DNA from: Bacilli bacterium
Lineage (GTDB): Bacteria > Bacillota_I > Bacilli_A > RF39 > UBA660
Reading direction: 5' to 3'
Assembly: GCA_017511375.1 (NCBI GenBank)
Contig: JAFWKJ010000011.1
Location: forward strand, 4,023-68,022
DNA: 64,000 bases
In this document: one piece after another, positions 8,292-16,682 of the stretch
Layout: every line of letters starts with the position of its first letter
Position numbering within the stretch: position 1 is the stretch's first letter
Notes under the pieces: generated by a model
What the model was told of the DNA's origin: nothing
Database searches by the model: none
What the model saw: the letters and a program-made list of their open reading frames with translations, nothing else
Translations under genes and position numbers: made by a program

Positions 8292-10658
8292 CTAATTATC
8301 AAAAAAGTCGTCAAAGAAATCATCATCCTCTTCTTCTGAATCATCATCCAAACTTATATCTACTTCTGGTCTAATATCAGAAAGAGGTTTAATAACAGGA
8401 ACATCTTTCTTTTCTGTCAATTTAATATCAGGTACAATCTTTTCTTCCTTCATAGGAACTGTCTTTGAAATGAAAGGTTCTGAAACAACCGGCTTTTTCT
8501 TTTCTGCCTCTTTGTTCTTCTTTTCTTCTTCTTCTAACTCAGCAATTTTCGCATCAATTTTTCGAACCAATTCATCTACATCAAATCCCAAATCATCCTC
8601 TTCATCATAATCATCATAAACAGGTTTTGACTTGGCCGTAGGAACCTTAGAAACGGTATCTTCTGTAAAAGGATTAAACCCATTTTCTTCTTCCATTTGT
8701 TTTTTGAATTCATCAAAAGAAGGAATACCCGCAGATTCTGTTTTCTTAGAAGGAGAATCTACTCTTTCTCGTTTTAAAAAATCTGGAATTTGTTCTGGAT
8801 TAGGCTGTGCATGTGCCCTTCTATCACGAATTGCTTGTAATTCAGGAGGAAGTTGGTCTGCCATAGGATTCATTCTTGGCATACCATCCATAGCAGAAAA
8901 CTGAGCGTTTTCTCTATCTTTTTCATCTGCTGAATTCATCATTTCTAAAAGTTTCTTTTTTTTCTGATTTTTAACATACTCTTTAATATCAAAAGTATGA
9001 ACTTCTTGTTTTGGTCTAGTTGGATATTTTGCAATAGGATATTTCTTTCCCCAATTCAATTTAAAATAAGGGGTGAATTTTGTTTTAAATGGTTGTTTAC
9101 GCATTCTTAAGATAATAACCTCAAATGGTTTCATTCTTTGTAAATCAGAAACAGTAACTAAAGGGGTTGAAGCAGTCTTATCATCTTTTTTAGATTTGAC
9201 TTCTCCACACATTTTAGAGATTTCTTCGAGTGCCTTTAACTCGGTAGTAATTAAGTAAATAATATTTCCACAGTTACCACGAATCGTCTCTGCAGTTTCT
9301 TTTCCATATACATCATCAAGTTGAGCAAAGTTCTGAATAATCATCGTGAAACGAATATTTCTAGAACGAGCTGCCGTAATCATCGTTGTAACATCTTTTA
9401 ATGGTGGCATATTAGGAAACTCATCCAATAAAAAGTTGGTACGGATTGGTAATTTTCCACCATGTCTTTGGGCTACAGCTATTAAAGTTTCATAGATTTG
9501 TTTTAATAAAATCGTAACTAAAGAGTGATATGTTTTCTTTTCATCCTGAATAACAATAAACACTGCCGTTGGTCTTTCTCCAATACTCTCTAAATTTATA
9601 TCTGAGTGACTTAACATCTCTGATAAATTCTCACGAGATGCAAATAATTTTACTTTTTGTTTAAAAACAGATAAAATACTTCCTTTTGTTTCACTAGGTG
9701 CCATAATCGTACTAGAAGCATTGATACTAGCAGCACTATTAGGATCTTTTCCGGCAAAGTATTCCTTAATATAAGTAGAACCACCAAATTTTTCTTCTCC
9801 TACTGTTGTTGCTAAAGAAATACTATTGATATTAATTTCATTTGGTTTTGCATCTACGAATAACCCTAGGGCAACACCAGAAAAATAATCAGCAGATGTT
9901 TTTTCCCAGAAAGGATCTGCATTTTTATTAGAATCATCATACAAAATATTTAAAGCTAAGTCATCTAATAACTCTATCGCTTTATCATGATTTCCATTTT
10001 TATACATTTGATATGGCAAAGCCATTGGGTTCCAAGCATTACCATTTTGTGGATCACGGAAATTTAATAATAAGATTTGATAGCCTCTGGCTCTAAGCAT
10101 ATTAGAAGTCTTTTCATAAATCTCACCTTTAGGATCGGTTATAATCATAGACTCTCTTGCTTTAGCCAAACTATGAACCATTGGTAAAATTAAACATTGT
10201 GTTTTACCAGAACCAGTAGCACCAATTACTAAAGAATGGTACTCGCCATTATCAACCCACATCTCTTTTTCATTCAAAAGAATAGGTACTCCTGCAGATT
10301 TAGAATTTCTCTGTGTAAGTTCTACACAATCTAACTCTTCTTTAATTTCTTTGTCCTTTGCCCATCTTGAGTAACCTTTATCCTTTTTATCTGTAGTAAT
10401 TCCAAATCCTTTTTCACGATCAAAAAACCAGGAACTTACACTAGCAAAGATTCCCAATAAAGCTAATATATAAAATATAAATGTCGCACTAATAACAGAA
10501 GGATCAAAAGCAGGAATTGGATTTAAACCACTAAGATGCCCTTCCATGGCAAACATATGAATGTTAGCTACCGTAATACAAACAATATAAAACAAGAAGA
10601 TTGCAAACATGATAAATATTAGTAAATCTTCTGGATCTGCACGAAACTTAAACTTCAT
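8292..10658 (-). CDS. virD4: VirD4/TraG-family type IV coupling protein with a disordered acidic C-terminal tail of about 230 aa
   Basis: Two N-terminal TMs. Walker A VIGATGSGKTQCLILP, DPKGEIYE, Walker B FLLDEFPNMPPL, and RSRNIRFTMIIQNFAQLDDVYG. The tail ends DDDSEEEDDDFFDDFFDN. Confidence 0.9.
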   Translation of the reverse strand: MKFKFRADPEDLLIFIMFAIFLFYIVCITVANIHMFAMEGHLSGLNPIPAFDPSVISATFIFYILALLGIFASVSSWFFDREKGFGITTDKKDKGYSRWAKDKEIKEELDCVELTQRNSKSAGVPILLNEKEMWVDNGEYHSLVIGATGSGKTQCLILPMVHSLAKARESMIITDPKGEIYEKTSNMLRARGYQILLLNFRDPQNGNAWNPMALPYQMYKNGNHDKAIELLDDLALNILYDDSNKNADPFWEKTSADYFSGVALGLFVDAKPNEININSISLATTVGEEKFGGSTYIKEYFAGKDPNSAASINASSTIMAPSETKGSILSVFKQKVKLFASRENLSEMLSHSDINLESIGERPTAVFIVIQDEKKTYHSLVTILLKQIYETLIAVAQRHGGKLPIRTNFLLDEFPNMPPLKDVTTMITAARSRNIRFTMIIQNFAQLDDVYGKETAETIRGNCGNIIYLITTELKALEEISKMCGEVKSKKDDKTASTPLVTVSDLQRMKPFEVIILRMRKQPFKTKFTPYFKLNWGKKYPIAKYPTRPKQEVHTFDIKEYVKNQKKKKLLEMMNSADEKDRENAQFSAMDGMPRMNPMADQLPPELQAIRDRRAHAQPNPEQIPDFLKRERVDSPSKKTESAGIPSFDEFKKQMEEENGFNPFTEDTVSKVPTAKSKPVYDDYDEEDDLGFDVDELVRKIDAKIAELEEEEKKNKEAEKKKPVVSEPFISKTVPMKEEKIVPDIKLTEKKDVPVIKPLSDIRPEVDISLDDDSEEEDDDFFDDFFDN

Positions 10659-10713
10659 ACCAATTCTTCCCTTCTTTCCTTATTATATCGTATTTTTAAC
10701 AAACTGTCATTAG

Positions 10714-11493
10714 TTACTGATTAGAAATTAGTAAATTAAATCTCTCATCATAAAACTGAAATAACATATCAACTTGATCTGTAGCACTAAATTTTCCACA
10801 ACTTAGTATTACTTCAGAAACTCCATCATAATTTGTATCCACAAACGTATGGTAAAAAGGTTTACAACCATTCAAACCTTTATTAGAACTTACATCCGTA
10901 TAAAGGGGATAAATTACATTATTTTTAACCATAAAAGCAATAGAAAAAGTTGTCTCTGGTTCAAAATCTATTGGTAAGGCATTACTAATAATATAAAAAT
11001 CCTCTTCGATAGAATCTCCATCAAAATCTAAAGAAACTTTGTAAGAAGAAGTAAACTGACTACTGGAACTAATTCCATTTTCGTTTAATACTTCATAGAC
11101 AAAACTATAATCATCAATTTTTGATTCTTGAAAATCAAATACTTTCAAATCAACGTTAGAGTTATAAGCAAATAGTCTACCGCTTAAATTAATTGCTTCT
11201 TTTTTTTCATCAAAAACATACCATTTATCATCATGCCATAAATAATAATCTCCCTTATAATTATTATCTTCAAACACATGAAAAGTCTGCCAACTATAAG
11301 AATCCATAGAAGAAGTATATCTCAAGAAAGACCAATTTTTTTCTCGTAATACCCATGTGGTATTATCTCCCACAATAAAGGTCCCTTCTATGTTTTCTTC
11401 TCTTATATTTGGAATTCCATAGAAAATAAACATAACAATTCCAAATGTTAATAACATGATAAATAATATGATATAAATTTTTTTACTTGGCAT
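10714..11493 (-). CDS. Hypothetical N-terminally anchored extracytoplasmic protein (259 aa)
   Basis: Single N-terminal TM. Contains two D.DGD/D.NYDG-type acidic loops (DFDGDSIEEDF and DTNYDGVSEVIL) reminiscent of FG-GAP/VCBS calcium loops. No family recognised. Confidence 0.5.
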   Translation of the reverse strand: MPSKKIYIILFIMLLTFGIVMFIFYGIPNIREENIEGTFIVGDNTTWVLREKNWSFLRYTSSMDSYSWQTFHVFEDNNYKGDYYLWHDDKWYVFDEKKEAINLSGRLFAYNSNVDLKVFDFQESKIDDYSFVYEVLNENGISSSSQFTSSYKVSLDFDGDSIEEDFYIISNALPIDFEPETTFSIAFMVKNNVIYPLYTDVSSNKGLNGCKPFYHTFVDTNYDGVSEVILSCGKFSATDQVDMLFQFYDERFNLLISNQ

Positions 11494-11501
11494 AATATCA
11501 C

Positions 11502-13994
11502 CTATCCAACCTTATAATATGCAATCGTAGAGGTATTAGCCCAATTATATTGAGCCCACATATCTCTCGAACGAGATGATGGATCCATCATATTAATCGT
11601 AGATCCTGTCACACTATCAATAGCAACCCAGTGTTGTCCTGTATTTCCTTTTACTTCAGCAACAGCATAGACACCTGGTTGGTTTACAATTCCCTTAATC
11701 GTATTTAACTTATCATTTCTACTCATTCCGGAAACATCCACTTTTCCTTGATAGTGGAAAGATGGTGCTGCCTGCGTAGCTACACCCCACTGGAAGTTTC
11801 CACCGGAATCAATTCCTCCATGTTTATTTAAGAATTCTACAAAGGTTCCTGGATTAAATGGATTGATATTAACCGGAACTTGACTCTTTGCAATCAACAT
11901 AGAAACAGAAGTAACCAAACATCCAATTTGTCCTAAAGTACTACTACTTCCTCCCATACGGGTCCCACTCCATTTTGGATCTGTTTGTTTCCAATTAGAA
12001 TATTCTCCTGTAGAAATACAATTATTAGTTTCACTCGTACCACAAGCTGCTTTTACAATATCAGAAGCACCATAATTACGAGATCCACTATTATAGGATT
12101 GTAAAAGAATTTGTTTATAATTTAATCCTTGCCTAGCAAGAGAGGCCCACTTTTTCTGATCGGTATCTACATAGGCAGCACTAATAATATAACCTTGGGC
12201 ATTTACCAAAACTTCTCCCTGCGTTTCGGCAGCAGCTTGTCTAAGAACGTGATTTTGAGGTAAAGCTGCTCTTTGTCTAACAGCTCCTTGCACATTACCA
12301 CTACGAACAATACCACCTTGTCCATCTCCGCCACCCATATAAGAGCAACCCAAATCAATATTACAAAACACTTGATCCGCAACACAAGAAGATATCTGTA
12401 GAATCCATTGTCCGTTTTCTTGAACTAGTTTTTTTCCATTAGCATTTCCCATAGCTGTAGGTCTAGAAAGAGCAAAACTTCTAGCTACAACCATTTGTGC
12501 TTTTAATACTTCTTCCGATGCACTTGGACCAACTTCTGCATAAGCGACCCCTGCAACATAATCTTCAAAGTTTACTAAATCCTGATTAATAGGTGTATTA
12601 TAACTACCATTTCCATAAGGCCTTCCACATTCCATTAATCGAACTTTTAGATTACTTATTTGCATGTTTTTAACAACATTTCCTCGACCAGGTAATGAAA
12701 ATCCTTTAATATTATAAGAACAACTTCCAATCGCTGCACAATTAGAACTTGGCATTTCCACTTCAATCAAATCATAATAACGTTCTAGATAATCAAATAC
12801 CTCATCTGTCATGTGTTCATAATATTCTCTTGATTCATGAGGTTTATAATGAGGAAAAATATTCACAGTTAAATTTTCACGAAATGTCTCTTCACTATAA
12901 TAATTATTAGAGAACATGGCATCAGCCCAAATTCGAATATCATCCTCCGTTACATCATCATAACTAATAGAAACATTACTGGATACCAAAGAATGATAAA
13001 TAGCAACAATCTTCATCGCATCAAAAGACTTTCCTTGTTGCTGGAACTCCTTTTGAATATTCGTTATACGTTTTAAAAACCTTTTTTGTTCTTTAGAAGA
13101 AGGATTAAACTCCACTCCTCCTGTTTCTTCTCCTAATTCGTCACTCATACCAAAAGCATCATCATAATCATCAAAGATACTTGTAACCGTCGTGACAAGA
13201 GCTAAAAGCAATAGAATAACTATAAAGAAAGGAGTAACTGAAATAATAATTGCCACAACAGATTTTCTAAAGAAAAAACTTCCAAAACCTTTACTCCTAT
13301 ATTCCTCTGAACTTTCAGTACTTGTTCCTTCACTAGAAGAAGGAGAACTCTCTTGTTCTCCTTTTCTCAATCTATTAGAGCCTGGTGCTTTGGACATTCC
13401 TCCAGTCGCATCCCCGCCTCCTGTAGATAAATTTTCTTTTGCTTTTTGAGGTCCTGCACCTGCTGCTATATTCGATACATTATCTCCTGTATTAGATGCA
13501 TTTCCTGTTTTTGGCATACTGCCTGTATTGAGAGCACCACCTGGTTTCGCAGCTTCTCCCGCTTTTCCAGCAGCACCACCTGTTTTTCCCGCAGCGTCTC
13601 CTGGCTTCGAAGCTCCCCCACCAGAGAAACTACTTTTAAGGGAAGCAGCCTTACCAATTTTATCTCCTGCACCACTTTCAGCCAATTTATTAGAAGCTCC
13701 TTGAACCGCTTTTCCAGCAGGATTCATCTTATTGGCTCTCGTCATGGCTTTTCCAAGCATTTGAGTACTTTTACCACCTGTTAATTTATCGGCAGCTTTT
13801 ACCCCCGCACCAATTGCTGCAGCAACAGGATGTTTAGAAGCCATGGCAACATCAGCGGCATTATTAATTGTATTAGCATTGTTTCTTGTATTGCGGTCAT
13901 CTTGCGCTTTTCTCTGCTCAGAATAATTCTGAGAAGCATCATAATCATCTTCCTTGTTACCGCGCCTTGCTTGATATGCCACCAACACCACCAC
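11502..13994 (-). CDS. Bifunctional cell-wall hydrolase (SpoIID-like lytic transglycosylase plus papain-like Cys peptidase); functional VirB1 analogue
   Basis: Gly/Ala/Lys-rich N-terminal region of about 230 aa, then a TM (VVAIIISVTPFFIVILLLLALV). SpoIID/LytB signature YVAGVAYAEVGPSASEEVLKAQMVVARSFAL. C-terminal Cys/His/Asp set: TLGQIGCLVTSVSM ... GQHWVAID ... MMDP. The start is ambiguous among GTG/TTG codons at 13985-13994. Confidence 0.75.
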   Translation of the reverse strand: MVVLVAYQARRGNKEDDYDASQNYSEQRKAQDDRNTRNNANTINNAADVAMASKHPVAAAIGAGVKAADKLTGGKSTQMLGKAMTRANKMNPAGKAVQGASNKLAESGAGDKIGKAASLKSSFSGGGASKPGDAAGKTGGAAGKAGEAAKPGGALNTGSMPKTGNASNTGDNVSNIAAGAGPQKAKENLSTGGGDATGGMSKAPGSNRLRKGEQESSPSSSEGTSTESSEEYRSKGFGSFFFRKSVVAIIISVTPFFIVILLLLALVTTVTSIFDDYDDAFGMSDELGEETGGVEFNPSSKEQKRFLKRITNIQKEFQQQGKSFDAMKIVAIYHSLVSSNVSISYDDVTEDDIRIWADAMFSNNYYSEETFRENLTVNIFPHYKPHESREYYEHMTDEVFDYLERYYDLIEVEMPSSNCAAIGSCSYNIKGFSLPGRGNVVKNMQISNLKVRLMECGRPYGNGSYNTPINQDLVNFEDYVAGVAYAEVGPSASEEVLKAQMVVARSFALSRPTAMGNANGKKLVQENGQWILQISSCVADQVFCNIDLGCSYMGGGDGQGGIVRSGNVQGAVRQRAALPQNHVLRQAAAETQGEVLVNAQGYIISAAYVDTDQKKWASLARQGLNYKQILLQSYNSGSRNYGASDIVKAACGTSETNNCISTGEYSNWKQTDPKWSGTRMGGSSSTLGQIGCLVTSVSMLIAKSQVPVNINPFNPGTFVEFLNKHGGIDSGGNFQWGVATQAAPSFHYQGKVDVSGMSRNDKLNTIKGIVNQPGVYAVAEVKGNTGQHWVAIDSVTGSTINMMDPSSRSRDMWAQYNWANTSTIAYYKVG

Positions 13995-14010
13995 CTAACT
14001 TCAATTCATT

Positions 14011-15801
14011 CTAGAATCCTCCACCAGAACCGAAGGAATCTAATTCATCTTGTGTAACAGCCACATTAATTCTCATACGCCTGTTTCCACATACGAACAA
14101 CGCTTCTCCTTGAGAATAACGTTTTATACTTTCCTTTTCACTCTCATTCAAATCAATGAGTAATCCTAAATCTTCAACAGCCTGTTTTCTAAGACCCATT
14201 ACTAAATAGTAAGAGGAGTTATCAAAGATAGCTTTCCCTTGTGTAATAACCGCAGGATCTGAGAAATCAGAAGGTTGTTGTGTAATTATTACCGTACCAG
14301 TATTATACTTACGAGCACGTCTTTGTACTTGTGCTAAGAAATCAGCTCCTAAGGCATTATTATCTCCTAATAATACATGAGCCTCATCTACCATAAGTAC
14401 TGTATCTACATTAAAATCTAAGCATAGTCCCCATGCATACTTAAGTACATTGAAGAACAAAGCATTTTTAATCGTAGAATCACTATTCATTAATTCTTTA
14501 ATATTAAATACCATGAAGTCACTACCTTTACGAATCGTAGTATGACCATCAAAGTAAAATTTCAATTCTTTCGTAATAGGACGAACTTTTAATTCAAGTC
14601 TTTCCATAATATCTCTCTCTTGTGTATGATCTGTCATAGACATAAGTCTACCTTTAATCGTTGCATACACATCACTAAATGTTGGATAATCTTGAGAAGT
14701 ATATTTAGAAAAATCTGTATTAAAATCAATTCCAAATCGACGATAAGTATCTTGAACAATCTCAGAAAACATCGTAAGAACATCCTCTTCAATAGAAGGA
14801 TCATAATATTTCATAAATGCTTTCAAAAATTGTAGAGTTCTTGTAAGAACTGTATATCCAAGTCCTTGTTTAATTTCTTCTTCATCTGCATCAATAACAA
14901 TTTCCAATGGGTTAATTAAACCAAACTCTCCACCTTTTCCAATATCTACGGTATCTCCACCAAAAGTTTGTGTTAATTCTCTAAACTCATCTTCTGGGTC
15001 AATAATAACAATTTGACATCCATTACGAATATGCGTACGAAGTAACAACTTAGCTGCTGTAGATTTGCCAGATCCAGAAGTACCCAAAATAATCATATTA
15101 GCATTATTTCTATTATTTTCTTTACGAAGTTTATATAAAAATTGATTAAATAAAATAACTCCTCCAGAAAAATCAACTCCTAATAAAGTAGATAATCCTG
15201 GATCCTTAATACTATCAAAAATAAATGGATACATAGCTGCAATCGTAACAGAAGGAATGGGAGTACCAATTCTCTGTTCAATATCTTGAGAAGGGAAAAC
15301 TGGTAGAATGGATTTTAAAACTTTTTCTTGTTCAAATCTCAAAGAAATTGCTTTTAATTCCATCGCATCCAAATAATTCTTTACATTTAATTTCTTTAAC
15401 TCTAAATCTTCTTTCGTATCAGCTGTAATCATAATATGCATCTGAAAATCAAAGATACGAGCTTGACTACCAGCAAGCATAGAAATAAAGTATTCCAAAC
15501 TTTCTGCATCTTGTCTAATTCTTTCTTTTGTAGTTTGATCTCTTTCATCTTGATATTTTTGTTTTAATTCAGCTACTTGTTTATTTAACATTTTCTGCAT
15601 ATCACTAAACAATACAGGAATATGTTTAATAACAACTTTAATTCCAGACATATTTGTTAAACTTGATAAGTAACCTGGAGAAATATACTTAGGATAAGAA
15701 ACAACTGTCAAAATAGTTGCATACTTATCACTAATGAAAAAATCACTCGCATTGAATTGTAAGCCCTTAGGAGCCAACTGACTTCTTAATCCTGTACTCA
15801 T
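14011..15801 (-). CDS. virB4: VirB4-family conjugation ATPase, C-terminal (ATPase) portion
   Basis: Walker A ILGTSGSGKSTAAKLL, Walker B VLMVDEAHVLL, RRARKYNTGTVIITQQPSDF. Its start overlaps the stop of the upstream ORF as ATGA. Confidence 0.9.
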   Translation of the reverse strand: MSTGLRSQLAPKGLQFNASDFFISDKYATILTVVSYPKYISPGYLSSLTNMSGIKVVIKHIPVLFSDMQKMLNKQVAELKQKYQDERDQTTKERIRQDAESLEYFISMLAGSQARIFDFQMHIMITADTKEDLELKKLNVKNYLDAMELKAISLRFEQEKVLKSILPVFPSQDIEQRIGTPIPSVTIAAMYPFIFDSIKDPGLSTLLGVDFSGGVILFNQFLYKLRKENNRNNANMIILGTSGSGKSTAAKLLLRTHIRNGCQIVIIDPEDEFRELTQTFGGDTVDIGKGGEFGLINPLEIVIDADEEEIKQGLGYTVLTRTLQFLKAFMKYYDPSIEEDVLTMFSEIVQDTYRRFGIDFNTDFSKYTSQDYPTFSDVYATIKGRLMSMTDHTQERDIMERLELKVRPITKELKFYFDGHTTIRKGSDFMVFNIKELMNSDSTIKNALFFNVLKYAWGLCLDFNVDTVLMVDEAHVLLGDNNALGADFLAQVQRRARKYNTGTVIITQQPSDFSDPAVITQGKAIFDNSSYYLVMGLRKQAVEDLGLLIDLNESEKESIKRYSQGEALFVCGNRRMRINVAVTQDELDSFGSGGGF

Positions 15802-16361
15802 ACTGGCATCACCGTTCCAAACTCCGTAGTATTTCCCCCATTTAAGAAGTTCTCTAAGATTAATCTTAAATCTGAATTGCTAACCATAGAAGCATTTAAT
15901 CCACAAGTAGCAAGTCCATTAATCATTTGACGAACTCTCTTTTGTGCCATATCAGCATCTTTCGTTTTAAACAAGAAATAATATTCCGTATCTACTACAT
16001 TATTTCGAATAAAGGTTTCTCCTTTATCGATATCTTGTAAGATAAGTTTTCGAATTGCTGGAGAACTTGTTTCATTTAATAGTAATTGCATTTGAGACAT
16101 ATAAACAGATATATCTACGGGTCTATCCGCAACTACTAACCAGAATTCAAAATCGATTGTGTTATAAAAGTTTCGTAACGCAATCAAAATATTATTTTGT
16201 AAATCAGGATCTAAAATAAAGATATTACGTGGAGTAATCTTAACTCCCGTTACTTTATTATGATCTTTTGTAATAATCATATTATTTTGGATAGCTCTAA
16301 CAGGTAACCAATCTTCTGTAAATCCACTACCCGCGTCTCTTACGTTTTTTGATGACGACAT
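15798..16361 (-). CDS. VirB4-family N-terminal domain encoded as a separate ORF
   Basis: 187 aa. The pattern DWLPVRAIQNNMIITKDHNKVTGVKITPRNIFILDPDLQNNILIALRNFYNTIDFEFWLVV matches the usual N-terminal domain of Gram-positive VirB4 homologues (ConE/PrgJ/TcpF type). It ends in TGA within an ATGA overlap with the ATPase ORF. Confidence 0.65.
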   Translation of the reverse strand: MSSSKNVRDAGSGFTEDWLPVRAIQNNMIITKDHNKVTGVKITPRNIFILDPDLQNNILIALRNFYNTIDFEFWLVVADRPVDISVYMSQMQLLLNETSSPAIRKLILQDIDKGETFIRNNVVDTEYYFLFKTKDADMAQKRVRQMINGLATCGLNASMVSNSDLRLILENFLNGGNTTEFGTVMPV

Positions 16362-16668
16362 TTCTATAACACCAACCTTTCCATCTATATCTTTGACGAT
16401 TTGTTAAGAATTGATATGCTTCTATAATAATCACTAACATATTATGGTAATATGGCACCGGCATCACAAGAAAACCTGTGATAGCCGCCGGACTCAAACA
16501 AAAGACCGTAACCATGGTACTTGTTAATGGTAAGAAAGCAATCAATATGAATGTAAGTAATACTCCTCCCCCAAACAAATACAAATCCATCGGTCTAAAT
16601 AATCCTAAGATCAATTGACCTCTCTTCGTATTTGCAGGAATTAAATAATTGTCATACACAAATATCAC
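16327..16668 (-). CDS. VirB3/PrgI-like small two-TM conjugation membrane protein
   Basis: 113 aa. It has a short N-terminal segment, then two hydrophobic helices (LYLFGGGVLLTFILIAFLPL and VTVFCLSPAAITGFLVMPV). It sits immediately upstream of VirB4, as in PrgI/ConD-type loci. Confidence 0.55.
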   Translation of the reverse strand: MIFVYDNYLIPANTKRGQLILGLFRPMDLYLFGGGVLLTFILIAFLPLTSTMVTVFCLSPAAITGFLVMPVPYYHNMLVIIIEAYQFLTNRQRYRWKGWCYRNVVIKKRKRRG

Positions 16669-16682
16669 ACACCTTTATTCTA

